From NCBI GenBank assembly GCA_965637545.1, contig OZ281500.1:16492001-16556000 (forward strand): a DNA stretch of 64,000 nucleotides, written 5' to 3'. A program made the translations under genes and the position numbers. Below, one piece after another: positions 50,718-62,849 of the stretch; position 1 is the stretch's first letter, and each line of letters opens with the position of its first letter. Source of the DNA: Phallusia mammillata (lineage: Eukaryota). A model generated the notes under the pieces. That model did no database searches and was not told the origin of the DNA. It saw only the letters and a program-made list of their open reading frames with translations.

Positions 50718-51899
50718 TTAATCCTGTTCGTTTGTGGTTCCATCGCTTTCATTTTCCTGGGTACGAAAAGTAAAAAGAGTTAAAATGAAAAGAAAAACAC
50801 TACTTGACTCATAAACACCCTTATTTACTCGCTCATTGACAACCTCATCACTCACATCCCCGTGTACGCTTTCATTCTCATGGTTGCTTGTGCCCTGCAG
50901 GGCATATGCTACTGCTTCCTCGTCAGTGGACGCCTGAAATAGTCGGAAGCTGATTCTTTAACTTTAACCAGCCTAATTAAACTTTTGACACCACCTCTAA
51001 AGATTTATATTTGGGATGTGAATAGCTAGCTTGAAACTACAAAGCTAGAATTTTGCAGTAACCAATTTACAAGTCTACCCCATTAAATAAACGCCATTGT
51101 TTACAGCCGACGTTCAACTAACCATAATAATTTGATGCAACACTTCAATGTCTTCTTCTGAATCAGCAGGTGTCGGTCCTTCAGAATGCCTTTCTTGTTC
51201 GTCGTCCATAATCATCAGTAGCATATCATTGTTATCGTCATATTCTGGGTATTCATCGGCATTCCAACCATCGCCTGATGCTCTATTAGACAAGTGTTAA
51301 TTGATTACAACACAAGGAATACTTTAACACATATGAAATACGTATATCAAAATGCTTACAAATTATGAATAAATTTAACACATAGTAGGTACATTTAGCA
51401 GTAAACCGTTTTTGTTTGTTAATAAATCTCGGTTACTTGCCTAATATCATCTACTGGTCCTAGGCCTTCAAGCTCACTACCGCTCCCTCGCGGCCGCTGC
51501 CCCATGACATTATGGTTTATATCTTCGTTTGGGCGTCCTAAAACTTGAGGACAGGGAGTCTCTTCGTTTTTATGTTTTAGAAGGTGAAGCAAAACAAACG
51601 CTAAAAACCTGTCAAGCGACATGAACAAATAATAACCCTTGAAATGATACGCAGTGCAAAAAAGGAGTTTAACAGTGTTTTACCACATACTTTTTGAGAA
51701 TATAAGAAATGATCTATAAAAATTACCATGTCCACACACAAAGTCCCAAAAAGATGATCGAAACGTAAATATCATCGTACACACAAGTAAGATCACCGGT
51801 AAGTAATCGTCCAAAGCTTGCTGCAACAACAAATAAGGGGTGAAATGTAGAATTAAAGCATTCTTGGTCCCCTGCATCACACGGAAAATCTTCATCCAT
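50718..51899 (-). CDS. uncharacterised single-pass membrane protein with acidic disordered tail; exons 51899-51727, 51608-51441, 51282-51123, 50933-50856 (or -50829), 50756-50718 (~205-214 aa)
   Basis: Five phase-compatible exons (2,2,0,0); intron 2 has the GC donor AG|GCAAGT. The product is MDEDFPCDAGDQECFNSTFH...IYVSIIFLGLCVWTWFLAFVLLHLL-KHK followed by a D/E-rich tail. No family recognised. Confidence 0.62.
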
Positions 51900-52076
51900 G
51901 CTGAATTCCATTAACACAACATAATTTTAGATAAAATCCAACTCCATTTTGTTTATACTGCTGCACAACGTTCACCCAATAACAAAGATATTTTTCAAAT
52001 GACGCAACAATGGGATTTGTTACACAACAAGTTTACTTTATTGCCGACTTCAAAATAACAAACATCAGTGCAAAAA

Positions 52077-55000
52077 CTAAGAGCGAAACTTTTGTCTTAT
52101 TTTCTGAAACAATCTTTTAAATGCGGAATGAAAGTCCCTATTAAAGGCAGCGTACAACATGGGATTTACTAACGAGTTGCAGTAACCAAGCCATAACACA
52201 ACACTAAGCAAAACAGGTGGCATTGAACATGAGCAAAATGGTGCGGCAAGAGTCACAACAAAAAACGGCAACCAGCAGAATACAAAAGCCCCAACAATTG
52301 TGCCTAAAGTTTTAATAGCGCGAACTTCCCTAGCCTTTAAAACTTTAATCTTTGCTCTCATACTAAGTGAATGTACCAACATAGGACTTGAATTTGACAC
52401 ATGGGATAATCGACGAGAAAAAGTTTTCTTCTTTTTAGGAAAACAACAACCCTTTTTGAAACAAGTGTCTTCCGATTTTAATGACGTAGCCGATGACGCA
52501 CAAAACACGTCATCCTTGGAATTTTTTTGGCTTGTGAGTGGCTCGGTTCGGTGGGGTCTGGTCACTTTAATGTCGCGACGATCAGCAAAATGCACGTGAC
52601 CTGCTGTTTGCGTCCTCCTACGGTGTGACGTGGCGGCGATGACGTCTTGTGATAAACTTTGTTTTGCCAATTTGGAAACGTCACTTTCTGAACGACTCTT
52701 GGTATGCAACTTTGGCTTTTCATTTAAACTCCTGTGGCAAAAGAACACTGTTACATCACAAAATAAAACATAAAACGGAATTTTAGTATATACCTGCTTG
52801 GTGAGAACATGCTCCACATTTTGTTGTCAGTGTCTTCGCCTATCGAGCACTTTTGGACGGAATACTGGATGCAGGGTGGCGCACTTCTTCGCTCACTTTC
52901 AAAATCACTTATTTGGTGTTCAGTAATCGCCATCTGGCGGCGCTGAAACGAACGTCTTTTGGTGCTTGCTCTTAAGTTGTTCCAACCGGGTCGCTGTGAA
53001 TCAGTTTCGGAGGTGTGGCAAAAGCCGGAACCGCATCTAGGGTCTTCACTCGACAAACTTAAAAACCTTTGGGATTCGTTATCACAAGAGGACCCGCCTA
53101 ACTTTCGTGTTACGCAACTTACCCCAGTCGGTGTGCGCTTTTTAGGGTCGCTTACTCGTTTTGAAATGTTATAATGATAAACGTTTCCCATTCTCCAGCT
53201 GTAAGACTCTCTCAGATTCTGATTTCTACTTCTATTCTTCCATGAAAAAAATCTGTTGGGAGGAGAATGCTTGGAACGGATGGATAGAGAATGGCGATCC
53301 TCCGAAGAGCAGGAGATAATCCTGGATCTTGACTCCGACCTCTTGATGTGCTGATGAATGAGAAGGTAGATTCGAGTGTAAACCACCAGTAAGAGAGCCA
53401 GAGGGATGTAAAATGACCCCAAAGTGGCGTAAACTGTATACCCGGGATAGTGACCCACCTGTACATTAATTAAACCGGTTAAAATTGTTGAAACGACTAA
53501 AAGTTTACAATGGTGCAAAACGTCGTTTTATTTGTTTTCATGTTTTACAGCATTTTCTTTTTACAGCAAAAACGTCAGAAGCAGACAACAAAAGGAAAAC
53601 AAATCGTGGCAGGCAGAATATCAACCAAAGAATTTGTTTCTTACAAATAAGTTATATGCCTAAACGTGGGGGGAGAGCGTATGACTCACCTTACATTGCT
53701 GCATTGGCAATGAGGAGTTATAAATGCCACTACGATTTCGGTTTATATCGTCGTAATCTTGAGTATGACGTGATGGCTTCCACCCGAGAATTGGGGGAAC
53801 ACTGATACAGAAAGCCAACATCCATACCACCGCTATTTTAGGGGCAACACTGAAAGAATAATGTACTGATGTAAGTTAAAGACAAATATTAGCGATCTGA
53901 CGATGTTATATTTAAGATGTATGTTTTTTGTTGTTTATTATGTTTAAGAAATGTTGTTGTTGGTAGTTTAGGTTTAGTATTGGGCCCTATATTAAAGTCA
54001 ATTTTTCTCTAACAAAGCCATTGCCAATTCATGCCAAAATCTAATCATTTTTTTTAATTTAAAGTTAACCAAGCACGAATCGAACTAAATTACAACTGTG
54101 GCTAATATATTGATCGTAGATCATAGTTCTTTTAGGAGTAAGCTTCAAACCCACGATCGTGAAAAGTAACTATACTTTAAATACACAGACTGTAACAGTA
54201 CTTTAGACTTAATTGTGTACAAGTTAAAACATAAATTACGGGAATACTAATTAAAGGTAATGAAGTTTTGAATAGTGAATTGATTTTCTATTCATTATTT
54301 TGTGGGAGTTTTATGTTTGACACAACAGTTAATACCGAGTTTATGATGTCAATCTATATCGTTTCCCTTCATTTCCAATTCACAGTAAAATATTACTTAC
54401 GTTCGTCTCATCCGCTCAGAGAAGTAATGCACGGCATTAGTGATCGATTGGTGTCGCTCAAGAGCAATAGCGCATAGATGTAAGATGGATGCTGTGCAAC
54501 AGGCGATATCTGTGGCTGTCCATATCTCACAAACAGTGTTGCCAAACACCCAATTGCCTAAAATCTAACATACAACTTTGATCTTATTATTTGTTGCAGT
54601 CACAAAGTAAAAAATATACCGTATATGTGTGTGGTGTGGTTGGCTAAACACACCGCCCAAACATTTCGAATTCGCTGCTTTGCCTAAGTATAGTTCCTAA
54701 GCTTACGACACATTTCTTAAATTACATTTAATAACTGGTGGTTTTGTATGATGTCAAGGTTGTTATTGGATAACTTAATTTTGTGTGTCTTAGTTTCGAG
54801 TTCGACAAAAAAATTTTCCAAAGTGTTGTAAGATGCATTTTTTGTACAGAGCGGTCCTAAATGTTGTTACAAATGTTGGCTACATGCAAAACTATCAAGT
54901 CCCATGCAGAAGCGCTGAATTTAATGCGAAGTATACGAATATGGTTAATTTGTCACAAGAAGGTACTCAAACAAAAAGACGATGATAGTTTGTGACACCC

Positions 55001-55316
55001 TTTCATTCTGTTGCTTAGGTAAAGCATGAACAACAATAAGAAATGTGCTTAAACAGAGCATAGGGAAAAATGTACGCACCTGGTACAAAGCACTAAAAGG
55101 CATAACCAGACAGGCCACCAATAAATCCGTGACGGCAAGAGAACAAATCAGAAAGTTTGCTGGAGATTGCAGGGTTCTGTCGCTACGGATAGCGCAAACC
55201 ACAAGTATATTGCCTACAACCGATCCAACGATAATTAGGAAAAGCACCAAAGCCGCAACGACACTTTCTGAAAAAAAGAAAGGTTTTGTTACAGTACTGT
55301 TACATACTTCTATATT
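52077..55316 (-). CDS. HTR1-like: serotonin receptor, 5-HT1/5/7 clade, class A GPCR; exons (55316 or 55267)-55080, 54564-54401, 53849-53690, 53458-52794, 52731-52077; N-terminal exon unresolved
   Basis: TM1 GNILVVCAI, TM2 LICSLAVTDLLVACLVMPF, TM3 WTATDIACCTASILHLCAIALERH (D3.32, C3.36), TM4 WMLAFCISVPP, TM5 GYTVYATLGSFYIP, TM6 KTLGTIVGAFVFCWLPFF and TM7 WLGYCNSLVNPMLYAAFNRDF. AATAAA on the minus strand at 52042-52037. Confidence 0.9.
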
Positions 55317-57677
55317 CTGAAATGGCAAATTTCTCGAAAACTACTTGAAATCGCGTGTTGTTAAGCTAACACCTCTTTTGTTAGTTATTTTCACCAGCTT
55401 TAGACATTTGAGCACATCTGTTTAAAACTTAAAATGTAATTTTAGCAATAATAAACTTTCGTTATTGTAAAAACGGAGTAAAAATTGTGGTAAAACATGC
55501 GTATAGGAAAAACATAATTATTTGCAAACGTCATGAACATTTTATACTTACCCATATTCACCATGATTGATTTCAGATTCGGTTCAACATAAAAATCGAC
55601 AACATTTGCCAGTAGTAATTCTCACAAGCTTTGTTTAACCTATTCTTGCCAAAATTTTCTATTTATGTAATCATACGTCAACAATGCCATAAGAATTGCA
55701 GCTACTTTTGCAGCAAAATAATCCCAGGCGACGTGGATCTTTGCATTACAACTAAAACCGAAATATGACTGGCAAAGCAGACATTCAATTGAATTTATAC
55801 CCAATATCACGCACGTATCAAAAAGAGATGGAGTATGGACAAAAAGAGATTTCGGTCGATGCTTGTATATCTATAGGCATTGGCGAATATAAATATTGAA
55901 AAAGGCCCTATTGTGATGCGTTTACGAATTTCTCCGTTGGTATTACTGGTCACCACATGCTCACATTTGCCCTTTAAAAACAAAAACATTCACATTGAGA
56001 TGATGTGCGAGCGCATACTAAAGCGACATCTGTAACTGTTATTGTTTTGGTGTTTCTGTTGGAGGCGTAGACCTTGTTATTCGTAAATACCGAAGCCACA
56101 ATTGATAAGAAGGTGTGTAGCTTTAAACTGTGTAAATGTTCTACTAATTTAAGTACATTCAAATGATTGTATTGGAATTTCGTCATGTTGTAAGTTTCTG
56201 CCAAAACAAAAAAATGGCACGAGTTATGTGATATGTTGATGTAAAATATTAAATTAAATATCGATTTCTTTTTTATTTCAAACCTAACCAGAGGTAAAAT
56301 CCTATATCGAAACACCTGCAACAACGGTTAAACTTGCAGTACATAGTATCATGAACCTAATTTTTCGATATACTACGTCAACGGAAATGTTTACCAAGAT
56401 ATTAAGGTGGGGTAAAAACAACAAATTCTTTTGGGAAGAATCACATGTTTGTGACTCAACATAACAAAACCACCAGAAAAACGAACAAATTCCTCATGTC
56501 AGGTGTACGAATAAATCATTCAACACTTTACCCACTGATCGCCCAAAAGCTGATATACACATAGAACCTTCGTGCTGCAGCTAGTATGTAACCTAAAGAC
56601 ACATAATGAATAAAATCAATTCGTGTTGCCATTAGCTACTTAGATTGGTGTCTTATCAGTCAATTAGGTAAAATCCAGACTCATTTCTTTAAAATAGCTA
56701 TTGGAAAACAAACAGCGTTATCATTGAAAAATACCAAACTCCCTGTCTCCTCCAGTGGAGTCGATACAAAACACCTGCCAACGCTAAATTGCCATTGAAT
56801 GACGTCACGTTATAGAATGGTGGATCTGTTTATTGTGATTCTTGTGTGAACGTCAATTGTTTTCAACTGGTCGTAAAATCAATACTGTATCAACAGGGTT
56901 CATTTAACGTAAATATTATTTGGGGCTATATTTTGTTCGAGATAAATAAAAAAGGATAGGCACCAACGCCAATTTGTTGTTTAGAATGCATAATTGACCC
57001 AAACATAGGTTTAGTGAAAATCAGAGCACAAAAGCAATGCCAAAACAGAAAAAATAGGGAAACAAAAAACAGTGAAAAATAGACTCCAAAAATAATGCCC
57101 GAATACGAAAACAGTTTTAAATCCAGATAAGTTTACTATCTTAAATTACAAAAATACTTTACAATATAAATCGCAGTGATTACCAAACCTTTTCTACTGG
57201 CGTACAACTTGGAGGTTTGGTGCAGTGTTTGCGTACCAAGTATAAAAATGTTGTTACGTAGTCTGCCACTTGGGGGCCCAAACCCGAAAGTAAGCTGTTG
57301 GTCTGCGTTTCTCATACTTTTTTCTGCACCGTCCTCGTAACGATTTAAAAATCTTACCTTAATAGTAAGAACTGACGTTTTATATAGGCTCATACAGTTT
57401 ATTACCTGTGTATGTCAAGCTAGAACTAGTTAATATTAAAAAAGCATTTTACCAACCAGCTTATGTTGGACGATTGATAAGATAAACAAACACAGTTCCG
57501 CTGTCGCGGTATTTTGTTGTAAGTACCCGTCAGATCTTTTCAACGCCTGCCCAATTGCCCATTTATTTTCTAGGGCACAAATAATTTTCGCAAATGACTC
57601 CATATAAGGCTCTTTGGGTTCACTTTGAGAACCAATGGGCTGCAAATACAATCGAAATCGTCGGTTCAGTAGGCCTA

Positions 57678-58090
57678 CCGTATTTGCTCGATTGTAAGCC
57701 GCCCTCGTTTATAAGCCGCCCTCGATTGTAAGCGGCATGTTGAGGTGTTAAAAAAATAATGTAAGCCGCCCTCGATTGTAAGCCGCACGCTGGAATTTTA
57801 GATACGATTGTTTCCTAATACATCTTTCTGTAGTTATATGGCATGACTATTTGCCCATATCTGTTAGTTACGTTGGTAGCTGTACCCGACAGAACGTATA
57901 TCGACGTATAATCTGTACACGCATACATGTTTTGAACCCCAAATAATTTAAAATGTTGGAGTGTAGAAATGATTTCGGTATAAAATTAAAATATAAGCCG
58001 CTCTCGATTGTAAGCCGCCCTCGATTATAAGCCGCACAAACGGCAGCTAAAAAACAATATAAGCCGCGGCTTACAATCGAGCAAATACGG
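57678..58090. mobile_element. Tc1/mariner-superfamily (pogo/Tc2-like) MITE
   Basis: TIR CCGTATTTGCTCGATTGTAAGCCGC at both ends, TA flanks (57676-57677, 58091-58092) and many internal ATTGTAAGCCGC repeats. Confidence 0.88.
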
Positions 58091-58495
58091 TACTCTTTTT
58101 ATTGCACTTGCAGGATAAACAATCATCTGAAAGTGAATGCTGATTAAAGTATTTTTTAATCAATTTTTGTCCAGTAAACTTAGCTTACGCACCACCTGAA
58201 ACGCCTTCGTACCACTGTTTGGGACCCACTGACGAAAATGTTTTATTCGACCTCTAGCGGAGATGGTTGGGGGAAATTACCTATTCAATACTCGCGGGAC
58301 ACAGAGTAAAGTTTACTCAGTCAGTAAACGTTGACAGAACGTAATTTCACGTTGTAGTTGATAGTGCTTTTCTTGTTGTACCAGATGACAGAACAGGTGA
58401 GTTACGGTTATGTACACTACAGCGTATTGTATGATAATAAGAAGTCCTTTTCCATAAAACTCACCAGCCTCAGTTACTCAGACTTGAGTCCTGTG

Positions 58496-58752
58496 CCAGT
58501 CTGCAGAGTGTGGCAGCTGCACGCGCGAGTTTTTTTTGAAACAAAATTTTTGCACGCCAAGTTTTGGGGTTTGCACGCGAAAATTTTGCACCAAAGGCAT
58601 TTAATTGGGCTGTATTGACCTCTTTTAGTTGCTTTGCGCCTGCTGAAATTGGTCTTGCACGCGAACTTACGGGTCGTGCACGCGCGCACGCGGGACATGT
58701 AGGTCCTGCACGCACGAGATCTCGTCGGGAACTGACATGTTCTACAGACTGG
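58496..58752. mobile_element. hAT-like MITE
   Basis: TIRs CCAGTCTGCAGA / TCTACAGACTGG, 8-bp TSD GTCCTGTG (58488-58495, 58753-58760) and repeated internal GCACGC motifs. Confidence 0.85.
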
Positions 58753-59152
58753 GTCCTGTGGGTTACTTTCTTTACTTAACGTCATAAACTCACAAGTGGT
58801 TTCGCATGTGATGAAATATACGTTTATCACTGTATTATGTCACACACAACGTCGTCGCCGCTACACTACGTTGTTAGTTGGTACAGAATAGAATGATGAA
58901 CCCAACTCATACAAAACTTAACATGTGATGTTGGTTGGGTGTTATCTGTTATGTTACCATTCTTAGCTGGTCCACTATATTTTGTTTTTGCAAGGAATAT
59001 AATAACACTAGAAAGATATTTTGTCACAGCAAACTTGTGTAAGTTAAATAATATCTCTTTCTAATAATGACAGTATGACACAATAACAGCTGACATTTAT
59101 TGAAATTGTCTTTACGGCAATTTAGACTTTTTTGCAGATGTGAAATTAAACA

Positions 59153-61472
59153 ATGGCTGAAACCAATACAGAGGGTTTTAATTCCATTTTGGAAATGACC
59201 AAACAGGCTAAAAATGACAGCGAAAAGTTTGCTGCACTATTGGTTGTTTCAAAACTGTTAAAGGCAGATTCACTTTCTACAGAAATGAGGAGACAAATTT
59301 TTCAAGCTGTTGGATTTTCATTTCCTATTCGCCTAATTGGATCAAACCAAGTGGATGGTGCCAACAGTAGTATAATGGTGTCTCTTGGCTTCTCTGTTTT
59401 ATCTTCATTCGCTACTGATCCTGAACTGGTTAGTTCACCAGAAATGGTTCAGGCTTTACCTACAGTTTTATCAATATTAAGCAGCAGTGGACAATCATTT
59501 GGAGGCGAGGAAAAACATGTGTTACATGATTGCCTTCATATTCTTTCAGCCATGGCAGAAGAAACTGTTTGTTGTTCTTCTATCTTGAGATATAGTGGCA
59601 TCAAAACTCTTTGTCAGTTTTATGTTCAAACTTCAGACAATGATGCTAAAAAGTTGATGTGGCATACTCTGTTGTCTCTGATAAAGAATAATCCAGATGT
59701 TACTCTACTTGAAAACAAGACATATGTTCTGGCAATATTACAAAATTTGTCAGAAACAATAAATGGACTTCATAACGAACAAAAGTTTGAACTTTTTCAT
59801 CATTTGTCTTTGTTTCTTGATGTTTTACCAGAACATTTAAGTGAAAGTTATTTCTGTGAACAATGGATCTCAATAATTGCTGATTCACTTTTTGAGGTTT
59901 TAGCAAGTAAAGTCAGCCAAAAGCAAAGAAGCCCAACAATAATGTTATGTAGTAACTTGACCAGGGTGTACTCCTTAAAATGGACCATGCTTAATAAGGA
60001 CAACGACAAAAAATTGGTTGTTCTTTTGACAAGACTTGCTAACATTGAGGTAACTATGGCAATATATGAAAAATCTGATGTCAGTGAATTTTCTGCAAGC
60101 CTTTTCAGTAAAGAGGAAATGGCTTTATTACTGGCTTGTTTCAACATTCTAGAAAATGTCTGTTCAGATGTGGCAGTGTTTGATCAAACTAAAAATGACA
60201 ATGAAATTTTTACATTTGAAGATATTAAATGCTTTGAGCCCGCTTTAAATGATACTGCTAAATTAGTAGGTGAATTTCTGTGTAAACATCTGGGTGACAA
60301 TAAACAAGAAGACTTTTTACTAGTTTGCTTAAGATTTCTTGGAGGATGGTTAAATGTAGGAAGCTTTGCAGAATCTAAAACTGGAGTAAACATTGCTACC
60401 ACTTTCATTTTTGCTTTTGAAAAGAGTATTAAAACCTTTAACCAAGAAGTAATTCTCAACATATGTATTCCAGCCTTTATGAATTACATTGAAATCTCTG
60501 AAACACTGCCAGTGATCAATGATAGTCAAGTCATTGCAACTTTGTCCAACTGCATTCTTGACCCAACACTTCAGAAAGATGTGGTTATTTTGGTTTCCCA
60601 GTGTCTAATTCAATTCATTATTGAGTCAAATCAAAGTGATATATTACGAACAATTTTTTCAGAGTTTTGTCAGATTGCATTGAAAGAAAATACACCACAA
60701 AATATTGATTTGCAACTGACAATTTCCACTTTGGTTTTGCTCATTTGGAATAAATCAAAGCTGAAGTTTGGAGAGGTTATTTGTGGTGAAAGATTTTTTC
60801 ACAGCATTTTTTCTGTGTTACATGGCTTACATGCTGTAAATCGAAATACTGTTGGAATTTCTAAAAGGTAATGATTGTTACTGTGGCACTGTTCAGAATT
60901 TAAAATACACACACACTGCATTATTTACATTAAGTTCAACAAGCAGTAAGCATTTTGCAGGGCTTCAACATAGCAGAATGCTAGAGTGTCTATATTTTCA
61001 CATTTTCCTGAGTCCAGATAGTCTGGTGATTTAGATTTGAATCCCACAACACCTGTTTTATGTGTATGTAATGCTTGGAAGGCTTATGTCTTCAGACCCC
61101 TTAAGTTTTCCAATAAACATGTGATGGTGTAAGTCCAATCAAGCCTGATGATTTTCACTCACTATGAATGAGAAAAATTGATAAAACATGGATTTTTGTT
61201 TCAAGATCACTATACATTTTGACATTCATGATATTTTTCCTTCTTTCAACAGATACAAGGAACACCCAGAGACTATCGAACAATTTTTTCCTATTCTATT
61301 GCAGGAGTTGACTAAAGCTGCTCAGGAAAATGAAGTTTTGCAGTTAATTGAAAGAAGTGCCTTTCCCTCTAAAGTTGAAACTATTGTCAAGTTGTGTGGA
61401 AATGAATCAAATGACACAATTCATGCATATCATAATTTTCACACTTGTGTTTGCAAAAAAATAGTAAAATGA
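59153..61472 (+). CDS. NCDN: neurochondrin (norbin); exons 59153-60867, 61253-61472 (644 aa)
   Basis: AKNDSEKFAALLVVSK...RRQIFQAVGFSFPIRL...FATDPELVSSP matches the NCDN N-terminus (AKNDSEQFAALLLVTK...IFDAVGFTFPNRL...FCSDPEL). AG|GTAATG and ttcaacag|A are both phase 2, and exon 2 aligns with the NCDN C-terminal region. Confidence 0.92.
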
Positions 61473-61622
61473 TACACAGGGCAGTGTCCCTAAATGCAAC
61501 CTAGCCAAGTATTGATTGAGTTAGCCTTATGTGGCAAACAAATAGAGCCTTTAAAATATTGAAAATGTTAGAGTAAAAACAAAATCTTTTGACAAAATTC
61601 ATTGCCAATTTTTAATTGCTGC

Positions 61623-62004
61623 TAGTGATGGGACGAGTAACTGGTACTGGGTATCGATACTCAGTATCTCGGACAGTTTTCGATACCAAGGTGCGAGTAC
61701 CGAAGGCCGATTTACGCCATAAGAATACGGGCAACTTTTTGACAAAATTTGCTTCGGACAGCACAAAATTGGAAAAAAGTTATAAATTTTTTTTTACGTA
61801 TATCTTATTCGCTATCACACGGAGATTACATTTTTCGGCATGTGTGTGTGCACGCCTGTATCCCGACCATGGCTGATAAATTAGCCAGTGATATACAACT
61901 AAGTACAATACTACACCTAAGTACTCGGTATCGAAGGTATATACATGTGGTACTTGTACTCGGTATCAGTACTTGCTTCAAAACCTGGTATCGTCCCATC
62001 ACTA
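61623..62004. mobile_element. hAT MITE
   Basis: TIRs TAGTGATGGGACGA / TCGTCCCATCACTA, 8-bp TSD ATTGCTGC (61615-61622, 62005-62012) and subterminal GTATC/GTACTCGGTATC repeats. Confidence 0.9.
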
Positions 62005-62675
62005 ATTGCTGCTATAAAAATATTATTTTTGTTCCCTATATTTTCCTTTAAATGGTGGATTCTTAATACTGTTATGCCACATAGTGTTACAAAGTACACA
62101 TTTCATTTTGTGGTCGATGTATTTGTGCAGATAAAATCACTACAAACTCAGTTTTATCTGTCAATTGCACCTCCATCTTTAATGCAAGAATCAAAGTTCA
62201 CATTTTTAGGAAATCATAAAATGTGAAACAATTACATCTTCAAATAGTTCAAAGGCCCAAATAACAGTGAACAAATACAACACATTTCAGGGTTGTTTGG
62301 TTTTCTAAAAGTCCAGATTTTTATTACTCTTAAGTTTACATTTTTGACAAGATGGTAAAATGCTTTTTCCCAATATGTCTGTGCCATGGCATACACATCT
62401 CATCAGGTAGATCATAAAAATAAATTACACATCAGCAAGGAATATGAATAATTACTCAGCGTACCTGATAATTACTCTATACCACTAAAAACTGGTGGCA
62501 ATATGTGGTGACAAGTAGATGCACAAATTATATACCCAAGTATATAAATCAGGCTGGAAAATAGATGATACACATACTAAAGAGGTTTCTTAATCTACAA
62601 AAAATACATCTATAACGATTAATGTGGGCACTGTGCATTATAACAGAATAAACACTTTATGCCTATACACATATG

Positions 62676-62849
62676 CAGTGTTTTTTTTTAAGGTGTCAAA
62701 TTTCTCCAGCGGTTTCCCAAAATTTGCCAGTAGCCTAATAAATAATTCGTTTAAGCAAATATGGCTATTTTTTGGTATTTAAATGAAACACTTGCGGTCT
62801 CTTAAAACTGCTTAGCGGTCACCCAAACCAAACCTTAAAAAAACCCTGC
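62676..62849. mobile_element. hAT MITE
   Basis: TIRs CAGTGTTTTTTTT / AAAAAAACCCTG and 8-bp TSD CACATATG (62668-62675, 62850-62857). Confidence 0.82.

Noticed and set aside
57678-58090. Repeated ATTGTAAGCCGC units as a CRISPR-like array
   Set aside because: Spacing is irregular, the units lie within TIRs flanked by TA, and there are no cas genes. They are MITE subterminal repeats.
61140-62410. Other CTGATGA occurrences (32074, 61145, 62400) as hammerheads
   Set aside because: None has a correctly placed stem II-GAAA-stem III arrangement.
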